Shown in pieces: positions 27,912-41,379 of a stretch of DNA of 64,000 nt. The DNA comes from Octopus vulgaris (taxonomy: Eukaryota). Location of the stretch: NCBI GenBank assembly GCA_951406725.2, contig OX597815.1:148366001-148430000 (forward strand). Direction: 5' to 3'. Numbering within the stretch: position 1 is the stretch's first letter; each line of letters opens with the position of its first letter. Under the pieces are notes generated by a model. The model was not told the DNA's origin and ran no database searches. It was given only the letters and a program-made list of their open reading frames with translations. The position numbers and the translations under genes are program-made.

Positions 27912-29764
27912 AAATGAGGAGTTTTCGTCAGGTTCTGTTTGCTCAAGTATGTGGTCCACCAAAATTGTGGTTGTTTGATTGCCTTGTTCAATACTGCTAA
28001 ATGTGGCTTGCATTTGACTTCCAGTAACGTAATTTGAATTGGTGAGGAAATGCAAGCAGTTAGGCAAGGCATATCAAGGACATCGGTTATTATTTAATTC
28101 AGTCTAAATTTAGCTACATAATGAAGAGTAAAATCATATTAAGAAATACTTTCTGACAGCTATTTCTCGGATAAACCAGGTATTGGTGCGAAGTACGGGG
28201 GAAAGACTTTGTAAGATCGGCATCCCGTCTCCCGAAAGATACCGTGTGGACAGTGGAAGAATGTTGCTCATCAATGATAAATGTTGTCGTTCATTATGTC
28301 TAGGAGGATGGGATGGTCCAATGATTGAAGCAGAAATATTGTTATAGCAAATATTCTGCTCAGTACCACAGATTTGTTTATCAGTTGCTTGAATCGATCA
28401 ATTCGGGCATGTCCCATAATGGCTGATATTATGCACATCTCTATTAATAAGCAGGAGTAGTGGGAAAACATCATAGCCATGTTTTGAGAGGGAATCTTTG
28501 AGGCTTGATTAAAATGTAACAAAACTAAGTTTGAAAGATATATTAACCATAATCGTACTTATCTGTTGCCATTTTCATACTTTCGAAAATAATGTTACAC
28601 GGTGATAATTATTCTTCTGGCTGTATTTTATATCATCATCTTCGTACAGAGTTGACTTCCTTTAACATTATAATACTTTTAAATGCTGACTGTAGTAAAT
28701 TCCAGCAAAGGTTTGAAGTTCTCTCGAATCATATTTGCAATTATGTTCATGTCGTCACTGAAAAATTACGACCGAATGTTAGCAATGTTCATTTCAAACC
28801 TTGACCAAAGTTGCTAATCAAAAGATGTCTTAATGTTATGTATTAAAAGCTAATATTAAACACAAACAAATGCGATGGAATGAAGATACAAGGATGACAG
28901 ATGAAGAAACACATCATATTAACCAAATTAACCAATACTAATTAGTAGTTTTAAAGAAAGTCAATCTAAAACCGACATGGAACAATTCCTGATTTGTGTA
29001 CATCTTTTTGTACGTACTTGTGGATTGAGAATTGATTGAAAAACATGACGATCATTAGAATTTAGCATATGCCTTAATAAAAGGCCTTAGTAAAGCCAGT
29101 TTTAAATTTCACACTATGTCTTTGATTAACACTGAAACATCCTTTCTTTATGTTATTCAGTATTAATAGTCGTTAATTATTTCTTTGACAAAGATTTTAG
29201 ACATAATACCATAATTATTGATAGAAAGTCATGTAAATATTTAATGCTCTCATAAATATATTTAACGATGCTTTCAATGCAACCTTTGGTCATTAATTAA
29301 ATGTGACAATTCAGTTATGATTTATTTGTTATTAAATCAAAGCAAAGTTTGTTAGAATGAGTATTAGATACAAAGAGAAGTAATTTCAAAACAATGAGTT
29401 AAACATTAAGTGCAGTAGATAATAGTCAGACAGTAGAGAGCAAAAGAGAGAAACAAAACACGAAGACAACCAGCACATATGACAAATTATTTATTGAGCA
29501 CCAATGAATATATTATCAACCAAACTGTAACTGACATTAATATATCCATAAAGTCGCATACATGTGTAATATATTTACTTGGAATTTACGACCACATTTT
29601 GAAAATAAACAAAGTTGACAATATATTTTGTGAGCAAATTTGTAATCATTTTCATAGATGTAGATGATCAGAAAAACGCTTAAATATTTCTAGAATAAAG
29701 AGAAACGTTAACAAAATCATGAAAATGTGTGTTACACACACAGCGGCTCTTTCAGCTCTTGTGC

Positions 29765-29918
29765 CTACTCTAGGCACGAGGCCAGAAAATTTGAGGGGAG
29801 GGGGGCCAGCCAATTAGACAGAACCAATACGCAACTGGTATTTAATAGACCCCAAATGGATGAAAGGGAAAGTCATCCTAGGCGGAATTTGAACTCAGAA
29901 CGTAAAGACCGAGGAAAT
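29765..29918 (-). mobile_element. SINE family B fragment
   Basis: Shared blocks tactctaggcac..gaaaattt and ggcggaatttgaactcagaacgta. Confidence 0.7.
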
Positions 29919-30192
29919 AGCTCTTTCATATATGAGTTGTCGTATGAAAGAGTTTACAATTAAACATGTTCTAAGATAAATGTACACGTTGTCGCACACG
30001 TTACTTTAGAAAATGCATGAAGTGTAGAGAAGGCATAAGGTGTTGACAAATATATAAATATAGACATTTACCAATGCATACGCATATGAAAACATTGAAG
30101 AATATATATACATGGGCTCGAAGAGGCCCCATGCACGTCTGAACTGTTAACAAGTTTGCATTATCTATCTATACCATACATTATTATATGCT

Positions 30193-30258
<66 letters not shown>

Positions 30259-30552
30259 TATATATGATACTAAAACAGTGATAAAAGGAAACAAGAAAAA
30301 AAACAGCAACGCGAGAACGTGGTATATGCTAAATATTGATAAGACCCTCAGTGAATGAATACATACATATACGTATATATATAAACATACATATATACAT
30401 ACATGTGGTGTGTGTGTGTGTGTGAGTTTGTGTATTTACTATAACATTTGAAACGTTTGGAGAATACACCAGTGATTTATTTATGAAGAAACGAACGAAC
30501 AACTTGAATAGACTTAAATGAATAAGAATAACGTAAAGAAGAGAATATGTTT

Positions 30553-30946
30553 TTATTCCTACTCTAGGCACAAAGCCTGAAAATTTGGAGAGGGGGTACG
30601 AGTTTACATCGACACCAGTATGAAACTGGTACTTAATTTATCGACTACGAAGGTATGAAAGGCAATGTCGACCTTGGCGGAATTTGAACTCAGAACGTAG
30701 CGGCAGACGAAATACCTATTTCTTTACTACCCACAAGGTGCTAAACATAGAGAGGACAAACAAGGACAGACAAACGGATTAAGTCGATCATATCAACCCA
30801 AGTGCATAACTGGTATTTATTTAATTGACCCCGAACGGATGAAAGGCAAAGTCCACCTCGGCGGAATTTGAACTCAGAACCTAGGAGCAGACGAAATACG
30901 GCTACGCATTTCGCCCGACATGCTTACGTTTCTGCCAGCTTGCCAC
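30553..30946 (-). mobile_element. SINE family B, dimeric/nested
   Basis: The block atgaaaggcaa.gtc.acct.ggcggaatttgaactcagaac..gcagacgaaatac occurs twice (~30655-30716 and ~30840-30900). Confidence 0.8.
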
Positions 30947-31967
30947 TTTAAAGAAGAGAATATGTGAAACAGCATAAAACAGTTCCTTGAAACTACTATC
31001 ACCGTTAAATTTTAGACTTAATTAATTTTATTAATTTAATCTTGCGTACATCTCGCATATAACAATCATTAATTTGTCGCTTCAATAAAGAAGATAATTT
31101 TTTTTTATTTCTAACCAACAAATAAATTAAACATCTTTCAGTTCATATTCCATAAAGAAACACAACTAAGACAGTCCTAGACTTCGCCGAACTTCTCTGA
31201 TATTTTACATATGTTGTTCACAAACAACATAAGCTACTTCCGTAATTTCAAAGATACTGCTCTTGGGATTTCCTAGTTTCATACAGAATCGAATTATATT
31301 TACAGAATCTAATTCAAGGTTCAATCTCAGTGGGTCTCACACATTTACCATGACAAGCAGAACTCTTGCGTGAAGGATGTATGCTATTGCAATCCATTAT
31401 CGATGTACAATTCATTTGCTTGCGGGTTGTAACTTTAGATATAAGCATATTCCATACCAGATAATTTAGTGAATCTTTATGTTTAATTAGACGTAAAAAT
31501 TAATAATTAGTTTATTTCCTTTAACGTTATTTCAATTTTAGAATTGATTCAAATTTTTTGTATAAGGGTATTAAGTTAGCTGATTACATCCTTTCCAGTG
31601 CTTGAACGTTACTTCTTTTATCGACCTCGAAATGATTTGAGGTAAAATGTTCCTTATGGAATTTGAACGAAAGTCTTTATGAATGATGAGAAACGTTCGT
31701 TGCCAGCTCGGAGACTTAGATCAATTTTAATATCCAAATCATATCAGAAGGCATTTTTGAAGTCAGTCATATTTAAAAAAAATTAAAACTGTACGAAAAC
31801 GATTATCAACATTAATATGTATATGCATGAAGTTTACGACTACCAATTGTTACTATATCATTGTTACTATATCACTCGTCATTTGTTGGAATTGCTCTTT
31901 CTATGAAGTGGAACACAAAATAATTAATTTATCATGTACATTGCATGGTTACATACTCTCTGGTTTG

Positions 31968-32323
31968 CTCTTTTACTTATTTGAGTCATTTGACTGCGGC
32001 CATGCAGGAGTACCGCCTTTAGTCAAGAAAATCGACCCCAGGACATATTCTTTCTAAGTCTTGTACTTATTCTATTGTTCTCTTTCCCGAACCGCTAAGT
32101 TACAGGGACGTAAATACTCCAGCATCGCTTGCCAACCGATGATGAGAGACAAACACACACACATATGTACGACGGGCTTCTTTCAGTTTCCATCTACCAA
32201 ATCCATTCACAAAGCTTTGGTTGGCCCTAGGCTATAGTAGAAGACACTTGATCAAGGTGCCACGCAGTGGGACTGAACCCGGAACCATGTGGTTGGTAAG
32301 CAAGCTACTTACAACACAGCCAC
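31968..32323 (-). mobile_element. SINE family A
   Basis: Reverse-complement homolog of 24643-25044. Confidence 0.87.
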
Positions 32324-32929
32324 AAAATATATTAGCAAACTTTTATCGTATCCCAATAATATTTGATGTGGTAATAGAAGGTGCACATTTGTTTAAGTAA
32401 AGATTAATGCAATGGATACGAGGAAAATGCTGGCTATTATATAGATGTATCAATTGTCTTTGAAAGTATATTTCTTGAAATGCATCGTGTATGTGATGGC
32501 GCATATAACAACTTTTCCATCTTTTATTAAATTATGCAATTTCTTGTACTATGTTTAGATATACTAATCTGATAATTATATTTAAAACTTTGCAACTAAT
32601 TAAAATTACTCACTAATTAATTGTCCATTATTTTAGAGTGTAATTTTAGCTGATTTAAAATGCAATTTAATTTCATTTCCTTTTATCATGCCATCGTAGA
32701 TCAAAGCAAAAATTTTAAATTTCAACAAAATTCCAATTAATATTTAGATTTCTCCACATTGAAATTATGTTTTACACTGGATTAACACATGCTAATGAAT
32801 GTAATAATGTCTAATAACATGTTTGGACACTGTAAGTTGTGTATAATATGTTCATCCACGTCTAGATAAAGAAGGTTGAAACTGAAAACAAAGATTGTAG
32901 AAATTGTAACATTCCACTAAATGAAATCC

Positions 32930-32946
32930 TAATAATAATGATGATT

Positions 32947-32978
<32 letters not shown>

Positions 32979-33032
32979 AATAATAATAATAATAACGCAA
33001 CAACAACAACAACAGAAACAATAATAACAATA

Positions 33033-33073
<41 letters not shown>
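32930..33073. repeat. Compound trinucleotide microsatellite (AAT/GAT/AAC)
   Basis: Read directly. Confidence 0.95.
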
Positions 33074-33074
<1 letters not shown>

Positions 33075-33636
33075 GAAATATATTCTCCTCTTGGTGAATA
33101 AACATGGATTTCACTTCAAGCAGTTTATGACACGTCGGGACAGAATTTCACGGCGGAAAAAGGTGAGTCCTAGAATGCATGGGAATCGAAACAGCACCGT
33201 TTGTTTTTGCGAAAAGTGCGTTAAATATTTACACGAATATATTCATACACATGTTTCATCAAAATTTGGGGATGACTTCAAAGCGGCAAATGTGCAAACA
33301 CAAGCGTATGATGCATAAGGTAAAAAACACAGGTGACATTTGAAAAGAGTGTAAATAAGCTTTTATGCTCTATAGTCAATCCCACATGAATTTAACAGCA
33401 ATTTTTTCGACTTGGATTTATTTTCAATAGTCAAATGAGAAGGAGATAGAGAGAGGGAGAGAGAGAGAGATGAAAGAACAGGGCGAAAGATAGAGAGGAG
33501 GATGTAGACTGAAATGTACTGTATATTAAGAGTATATTTTAATGAAGTAAAGATGAAAATGCCCATATATTTGCTTTCAAACTTTCTATACAAACAAAGC
33601 ATGACTTTACATTTAAAACTGGGAGTATATATGTGA

Positions 33637-33691
<55 letters not shown>

Positions 33692-34309
33692 TATACGCAC
33701 GAGTGTATGTGAATGCGTGCCTGTGTGAGTGTGTACGCCCCTGTGCGTGCATGTGTATGTATAAATAGGTATGAAGTTGATAGGAAGCATTTATGGAAGT
33801 GTATTGTTGAGCTATCGTTTTTGACGTTGCCTGGTAACATTTTCTCTGACAATTTGTAGGTATAAAACATTTGTAGCTATAAAAGAAGATTGTAATTTGT
33901 TTGTCATCAGCATTTAGAAACAAACAAACCACTGCTGATACATACCCGAATTGTATAAGAATATAATAGGTTTATAATATTCACATTTCATATCTCTAAT
34001 TTATCGAGAAGATTTAAAATCCGGATTAACATCATGTCATATCATACCACCAAGTTTGTCAGTTTATCCTATGGATTTCATGCTCAGATTATAAAGTTGA
34101 ACATTCTTTATCTATATCACACAAAGAAAAATATTTGTTTCCTGACGGCGAAGAGAGCTTAGTACATTTTTTTAAAGATTAAAACATTTTGTTAACATTT
34201 ATTATTAAAATCTTCTTATTCTAAGTGTTCAAAAAACTATTTGTTTAATTGTATTACAAATATTTAATTGACATTTGTACAAAGAGTTACAGTAATAAAT
34301 ATATTCCTG

Positions 34310-34900
34310 TGTATACACGTGTGCATCGATTGCTGGCCTTTCGTGTCCAGCAGCCGTTGCGGCAAGACACAATTTTTTAGCTCTCTGTAGCCTTAAGGCT
34401 TTTTTTCTAACGCCAGCTCAAAAACATTTACTCGTCCTGTCGAAAAGACGCTTCTCTGTGACGTCCTGTTTTTGTTGTTATTATTATTATCATTATTGTT
34501 TTTACGTATTTTTGTATTCTTATTCGTGTTATCATTATTGTTTTTACGTATTTTTGTATTCTAATTCGTGTTATCATTATTGTTTTTACGTATTTTTGTA
34601 TTCTTATTCGTATTATCATTATTGTTTTTTACGTGTTTTTGTATTTTTATTCGTGTAACATTGTCCGGTTTTCTGCCTTTGTTTTGTATACATTCGAGGC
34701 TTTCTTCAAGGAATCTAATGCGCTTGGCTTAGATTTTCCTTTGGGGCTGGCCAGATCGGAGCAATCTCAAGATTAATCAGCCGCAATTGCGAAGATGATC
34801 CGATTCTTGACTAAAGTTTGAAGGCTTCGAATGTCCCGTCAGTGTTTTTTGTATCGTCTTCTAAATGTTTCACGTTCTTGTCCCAGTTTGTATTTTTTTA
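34310..34900 (+). mobile_element. Dispersed non-coding repeat family D, with an internal 42-bp x4 minisatellite (34487-34656)
   Basis: Homologous to 63230-63703 (+), 62872-62980 (+), 58195-58640 (-) and 40490-40810 (-). Confidence 0.8.
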
Positions 34901-35167
34901 CATTTATATATATATCTATTTATTTATCCATATGAAAGAAGGTTTGAAAATGCAATTTTCAAAGTTGCTTATTCACTTGACCGGTTTCACTTTTTAAGAA
35001 AAAGATTGTCAAATGTAAAATGTAACAGCTTTGTAAAAGCTTTGTTGTGTTTACTGGTTGTCACAAAATATTACAATACATATATATATATATACATTCT
35101 TTGATAATGATAAAAAAAATTTAAAGAAAGTTTGCAGGAAAATTCTTGAGAAAATATTAAAAAGTTC

Positions 35168-35593
35168 GGATTTTTTCGGTTTGAACGGCAGTTTTAACCT
35201 AATTTCTTGGTAACTAAAAAATGTTAAACTTCGTATACTGGTAGAATGTGTTTATAAAACATCTTTTTCTCTCGGCTTTATTGAGAAAATTCTATAGTTT
35301 GTACGTTATTTGTTTTTTTCTTTCTTCAATTTCTGCAATTTCAATCAATCACTGACGTTTATGGAGGTAATAAAACATTCTGTGCCGTATGAATATCCCT
35401 CTCGTTTAAGAAACAGATTGGGTTTATTTACATTTGTGAAGAAAAAATAAGATACCCTTCCCCCCACCCGTAACCGTAACCCTAATCCTAAAACAGATTG
35501 AAATGCAATAGATCGATACTAGGGTCATAATTATAGGTGACAATTTCATTTGACACCGCTAGAAAACAATTGCCGTTCAAACAGAAATGATCC
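35168..35593. mobile_element. MITE / non-autonomous DNA transposon with ~26-bp TIRs and 8-bp TSD
   Basis: Left TIR ggattttttcggtttgaacggcagtt; right TIR aattgccgttcaaacagaaatgatcc. aaaagttc at 35160-35167 and 35594-35601. Partial copy at ~13990-14065. Confidence 0.85.
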
Positions 35594-36500
35594 AAAAGTT
35601 CGTTAAAAATATTAGGATTTCATTAAAAATCATGTTTGTTTGGAAGTATCTAAATATATACACAGAAAATTAGAAGTTCAACAAGGTCATATTTTGGTGG
35701 TATATATATATACACAGACGGAGATGTATTTAGGAGTTTACAAAGAATTTGAGATGAGCTGACCTGTTTCACCATTTTATCGTAAAAGGCTATTTACTAT
35801 TTTAAGGGACAGTGTAGAAGGTTGGTTTGGGTGGGGGGAAAGAAGAGAAATGTGGAATTGAAAGGATTTGTTCCTCTTTCAAGGTTCAGTGGTTTTGGCG
35901 ATTGGTCTCAGAGGTAAGAATAGCGTGTGTGTGTGTCTGTATATATACATGTGTGCTGTTTTTGATTGGTCCCAGGGTTTCTTGTGGTGTGTGTTTAATA
36001 TTTAGTAGGATGGTGCTTGTATTTATGTGCACGTTTGTGTGTGTGTATGTGTGTGATTAATATTTGTTAGGGTGTTGTGCGTGGGCAAGTGTGTGTTTGT
36101 GTTTGTTCGCCTGTGCGTATGCGTGCGTCTGTGGGTGCGTGTGTATGCTTGTCCGTGTTTTTGTGTTGGTGGGGATGTTATGTGTGTATAGGTGAGTGTG
36201 TGTGTACATGAGTGTGTATGATTGGTATTTGTTATGGTGCTGTGTGTGCGCATGTGTATGTTTATGTGTTTGTTCGCGCGTGTGTGTGAGTGCGTCTGTA
36301 TGTGAGCCACTGCATGTGCGCGCGTGAATGTTTGTGTGCCATTTGTGTTGGTGGGGAGGTTTTTTGTGTGTATGTGAATGTGTGAGTTGTGCCTGTCTGA
36401 GTATGTTTGTGTTTTAATAGTCCTTATGGTGTGTGTGTGTGTGTATGTGAGCAACCATATGTGTGTGATTGTCTTGGTGATGTATGTATGTGTATACATA

Positions 36501-36729
36501 TTTCTTTACTGCCCACGAGGGGCTAAACATAGAGGGGACAAAGAAGGACAGACAAAGGGATTAAGTCAATTACATCGACCTCAGTGCGGAACTGGTACTT
36601 TATTTATCGACCCCGAAAGGATGAAAGGTAAAGTCGACCTCGGCGGAATTTAAACTCAGAACATAGCGGCAGACGAAATACTGCTAAGCATTTCGCCCGG
36701 CGTGCTAACGATTCTGCCAGCTCGCCGCC
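36501..36729 (-). mobile_element. tRNA-derived SINE family B, well preserved
   Basis: Minus strand starts ggcggcgagctggcagaatcgttagc (A box) ... gagtttaaattcc (B-box-like). Other copies at ~44736-44876 (-) and 56226-56357 (+). Confidence 0.87.
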
Positions 36730-38667
36730 TTTTTGTATGTGTATATATGTGTGTGATTGGTATTTGTCATGGTGTTGTGTGTGCGCATGTCTGTGTATAT
36801 GTGCGTCTGTATATGCGCGCGTGTACGTTTGTGTGTTTTTTGTGTTGGTGGGGATGCTATGTGTGTATATGCTTATGTTTGTGTGTGGGTATGTGTGGAT
36901 GTGTGTGGGTATGTGTGGATGTGCATGTGTGTGTATGTGTTTTGAATTTATCAGGAGTTCTGTGTGTCCATATGTGTTGGGCTTATCTGGGTAGTGTGTA
37001 TGTGTGTGCATATGTTTTGTGTCTGTTGGTATTGAGTATGTTTTTGTGTGTGAGTGTGTATATATGTTGGTATGGTTTGTGTAGTTTCCGGGGGGAGGGT
37101 GCGCATGTGTGTGTTGTATTTGTGAGTGATTTGTTTTATTTGTATTGTTAATGCAATGTGTGTGTATACATGTAGGTGTGTTTGTGTGGGTGTGTCTATG
37201 TGCCTTGTATTTGTCGGGGAGGTGTGTGTCATTGTGTGCGTACATGCTGGTGTGTATGTACGTTTGTGAGTGTTTGCTGTGGTTGTTGTGATTGTATTGT
37301 CAGTGTATGTGTGTTTTTTTTCATTTGAGTGTGTGTGCGTGATTTTATTACTGGGGTACGGATGTATTGTGTGTGTATAGGTGTGTATAAATGCGTGTGT
37401 GCTTGTGTGAGTTGTGTTGTAGTTGCGTGTGTGTGTGTGTGTGTATCTGTGAATGTGTGGGTGTGTTTGTGTTAATGCGATTTGTAGTTTCGGTGTGGTG
37501 TGTGTAGGTGTGTGCATGTCCTTGTTTACATATGTATATATGTGTGTGTAAGTTTTGGTTATGGTTGCTAGAATCTTATTGCAAGTGTATATGTGTATGT
37601 GTTTTTCCTTGGCATGTGTGTGGGTTTGTACTCTAGTGTGAGGATATTGTGTTTGTGCATGTGTTTATTTGCGTCGGAGGTTGATAGAAACAATTGCGGT
37701 GTGGAAAGTGTTTATAAGCTATCTGAAAACACAAAAGCCGTTTGATTCACTTCAACACTTAAATATAATTTGTCAAAATATATTTGTCGGTTGGAACCTG
37801 TTCACTGACAAAAATTCTGTGCCGCATGTGAGAAAGTAACAGTTAGTTCAAGATATGGATGTATGCATGTATGTGTCATGTATGTATATATGTGTAAATG
37901 TGTGAATGTAAGTATGTGCGCATGCATATGTGTTCATGTGCATGCATGCGTGCAGGCCTATACGCATGTATGTATTTATGTATCTATATACTAATGTATG
38001 TATGTGAGTATTTAGGTGTGTAGACTTGTGTGCGTGCGTGTGTATGTGTACGTACATGTGGACGTATGTTTATGTACTGATATGTTTGTCTAAGTTGTAT
38101 ATATGACTGTTACTCTGTCGAAGGTTATATATATATATATTATTTTATAGAAGGAGCTTCTACAGGACTAGAACAGTTTCATTCAGATGAAATTTTCAGG
38201 AAGCTGGCTGTCAAAATAAGTTCTGGTATTTATGTATTTAGGCAGATTTAATGGAGTGGGGGTGGGGGACTTTTTTGGGGTAGGTTGGTATTTAGGAGAT
38301 AAACAGGGCACAAGCTATAGTTCTTAGGGGAGTGGTCAAAAGGCCAGAGTGTTTTTTGAAATGAAAAGAATCATTGAGAAAATAAATAAATGAATAAATA
38401 GAATAAATGAATAGAAACAGATATATGGGATGGGATTTTAGGTAAATTAGAAGACAATTGCTTTTTGGTGGTCAAGAAGAGGTAGGCAGTTTGTTATTGT
38501 TAGGTGGAGGGAATAAATAGATAAATATACATGAAAAAAACATATAAAATAAAATAGATATACATACAAACACACATACATACACATGCGAATATACATA
38601 TGTATACATACATACGCACATATATATATACATACATACATACATATAAATACATATATATATACAT

Positions 38668-38701
<34 letters not shown>

Positions 38702-38727
38702 GCATATACATATACATACATACACCT

Positions 38728-38762
<35 letters not shown>

Positions 38763-38869
38763 CACGTCAATAAGTAAATGGTGGGGATGGAGAGGTGGCA
38801 TTCATCAACATTTGGACGTTATATTATGTATGTTTTAAAAAGTATAATTAGAAAACGAAAACTATTCAC

Positions 38870-39710
38870 TATATTATTTAGATGCAAATTGTACCGGACT
38901 ACATGGGCCGTACACAAAAGAAAATTCTCCATTAAGATATATAAATAATTCTAGTAAACATCACTCTCAAATAGAAAAAAAAAACATTACTACGAAATAA
39001 AAGTAATAGAATTTCAAACCTCTCCTCTAATGAAGAGATGTTTAATAAACACAAGGAAAAATATAATATAGCACTATAAATGCAGGATATAAAGGTAAAA
39101 TTAAATACCTCCCCAATGATATTAACTATAATTGTTGGGGTAGAGTAAGTACCTCCGACCCACATAATTGAGATAAATATAACTCTACCAAAGATAAATA
39201 TAAAAATAATAATAAAAAAGTAATATTGTAAATATTATAAGACTATCCATAAAAATAATAATACATATAATAACAACAAAAATAATAATAACAATAATAA
39301 AATCATTAGTAATAATAGTAAAAATCATAACAAAAATAGTATTATTAAAAATGAAGTTATGAAATATATAATTAGTATTATTAAATATATAAGTAATATT
39401 ATTAAATATAAAAATAGTATTATATATATAAAATTATCATATGTAAAATTAAAATCAGAATAATAACACATAACATAAGTAACCCTAATAGGGGAAATAA
39501 GGAAATAGAAACTATATGGCTAATAATACCTTTCGCTAAAGATATCAAGAATAACACAGTAAAAACAATTTTTAATTTAATTAACAAACAATTTACAAAT
39601 GGAAAAAAACAGATATTGGGAGATAATCAAAAACAAAACAATAAGAAAAGGTTATACACAAACACATAACCTAGCAACCATCATATCCATTAACAATAGA
39701 AAATTTGTCA
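38870..39710 (+). pseudogene. Old PLE RT C-terminal/linker relic, related to 6305-8476
   Basis: Manual translation gives PYTKENSPLRYINNSSKH, SNRISNLSSNEEMFNKHKEKYNIAL, IWLIIPF..TIFNLINKQF and NKTIRKGY..NLATII, colinear with PYRKP..SSNH, LSSNREIFN..YNQAL, IWFNIPF and NKTIRISY. Confidence 0.8.
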
Positions 39711-39879
39711 CCTTATATCTAAGTAGAAAAAGTAACTGATGTAATACAAATAATAATAACAACTATGATAATAATAACAATAATAATAATAGTAATGATA
39801 ATAATAATAGAAACAATAATAATAATAAGGATGGTATTTACGATGATAATAATAAGGGAAGAAGAACAATAATAATAAT

Positions 39880-39927
<48 letters not shown>

Positions 39928-39929
39928 AA

Positions 39930-40439
39930 TATTAATGATAAAGAAATGCTGTTTGTTCTCATATATTTCAGAACAAACATCACAGAAACAAATAATTTAA
40001 TCAAGGCAGCAAGTATTGTTTTAGCAGAAAACGTGGGTGCTGATGTCAAGAAAAAGAAAGATATTGGGAGTGACAAAAGAAAAAATCCATGGTGGAGAAG
40101 AAGAATCCAGGCAGGGTTAGACATGATTTCGAAGGAACTCTCTGTGTTGGACCAAAAAGAAAAAGGGGAGCTTAAATCCGAATAAAAATACGGGGAGCTG
40201 AAAAGGAAGTATAATATTGAAACACAACAAGGTCTGAAAGAAGTAGTGGAGGCACTGAAATAGCGCCTCATTGCAAAGAAAGCAAAGATGATACGATACG
40301 ACCAAAGAATGAAAGGTTACCACCAGAATATGTTATTCAGAGTAGATGAGAAGATATTCTATAAAGAAATAAATGGAGAGTGTAAAAAATTGAAAACGAT
40401 TGAAACGGAAAATAGGTGGGTAAAGAAAAGAATCCATGG

Positions 40440-40440
<1 letters not shown>
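39930..40440 (+). pseudogene. Dong/R4-type non-LTR retrotransposon fragment (region N-terminal to RT)
   Basis: ITETNNLIKAA, NPWWRRRI, LKRKY, EALK*RLIAKKAKMIRY..R...QN.LF..DEK.FYKE, as in R4/Dong ORFs. Preceded by (AAT)/(AAC)n. Confidence 0.75.
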
Positions 40441-40489
<49 letters not shown>

Positions 40490-40491
<2 letters not shown>

Positions 40492-40810
40492 GTAACAGAA
40501 TACAAAAAATAGGACAAGAACACAAAACATCCAGGCAGTTAGTTGATGCAAAAACGAGACAAAGAAAACATGGATGGGTTATTCGGAGTGTTCTTCTGTC
40601 AGTCGAGTTCCAGTTTAGATTTGCAGTTTCGGCTGTTTATACTCGAGACTACTCCAATCTGGCCAGCGTCAAGGAAAATTTAACCTAAGAGCACTAGATT
40701 CCTCGGAAGAAAGCAGCGAATGTATACGAAAACAAGGACGGAAATAATACAAATGGTACATAAATACAAATGCAAATAACAAGATATTAACAACAGCTGT
40801 CTATCGACTA
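40490..40810 (-). mobile_element. Repeat family D, diverged copy
   Basis: tacaaa...ggacaagaac...ctggccagc..aaggaaaa...cgaatgtatac.aaacaaggac.gaaa matches the reverse complement of ~63440-63700. Confidence 0.7.
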
Positions 40811-41379
40811 AGGACCATGTGGGGTAGTGAATCCACGGTATTTATGTAAATGTCAGATCTACATCAGGAATTCCTCAGTGACAGTTTAATATTTATGTGT
40901 GTGTGTTTGTAAGTGTTTGTGTGTGTGTCTGTGTGTATACGCACGTGCGCGAGTATGTGCATATGTTTATGCGTGGGTGTGGACATTATATATACCTATA
41001 TATACGTACGCTTATACATTTTTATATAAGTTGCAAGTGGATGTGTCTCAAATTGTTGCTACAGAGGGAGACCTAACATTTTCTAAATACTCTACTGACC
41101 ATAAAATTTTATGTATTTTATTAAAAAGAAAAGGGCTTGCATTGATTCGACTACTGACTGAGATAAAGAATCTGGTAATATCTTGACCAAGATAATGTGT
41201 GTGTCTTCGATTTTCAGTTATTCTTTTATTTTTGTTATCTGATTTACATTAGAAATACTCAGAAATATTCCTTTATTGGCGTTGTTGGTATAAGCTTGTT
41301 ACACATTAGCTCATTAGTGTTTGACTAATAATTATCATTGTTTTTATTTTGTGGTTGAATGTTAGATTTTAACATACAT

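Noticed and set aside
33091-33318. CFCEKCVKYLH motif (piggyBac C-terminal-like) or a micro-exon ending AAG|gtgagt
   Set aside because: Too short and isolated; no adjacent transposase or partner exons.
34487-34656. Regular repeats as a CRISPR-like array
   Set aside because: Head-to-tail 42-bp units with no unique spacers, eukaryotic context and no cas genes.
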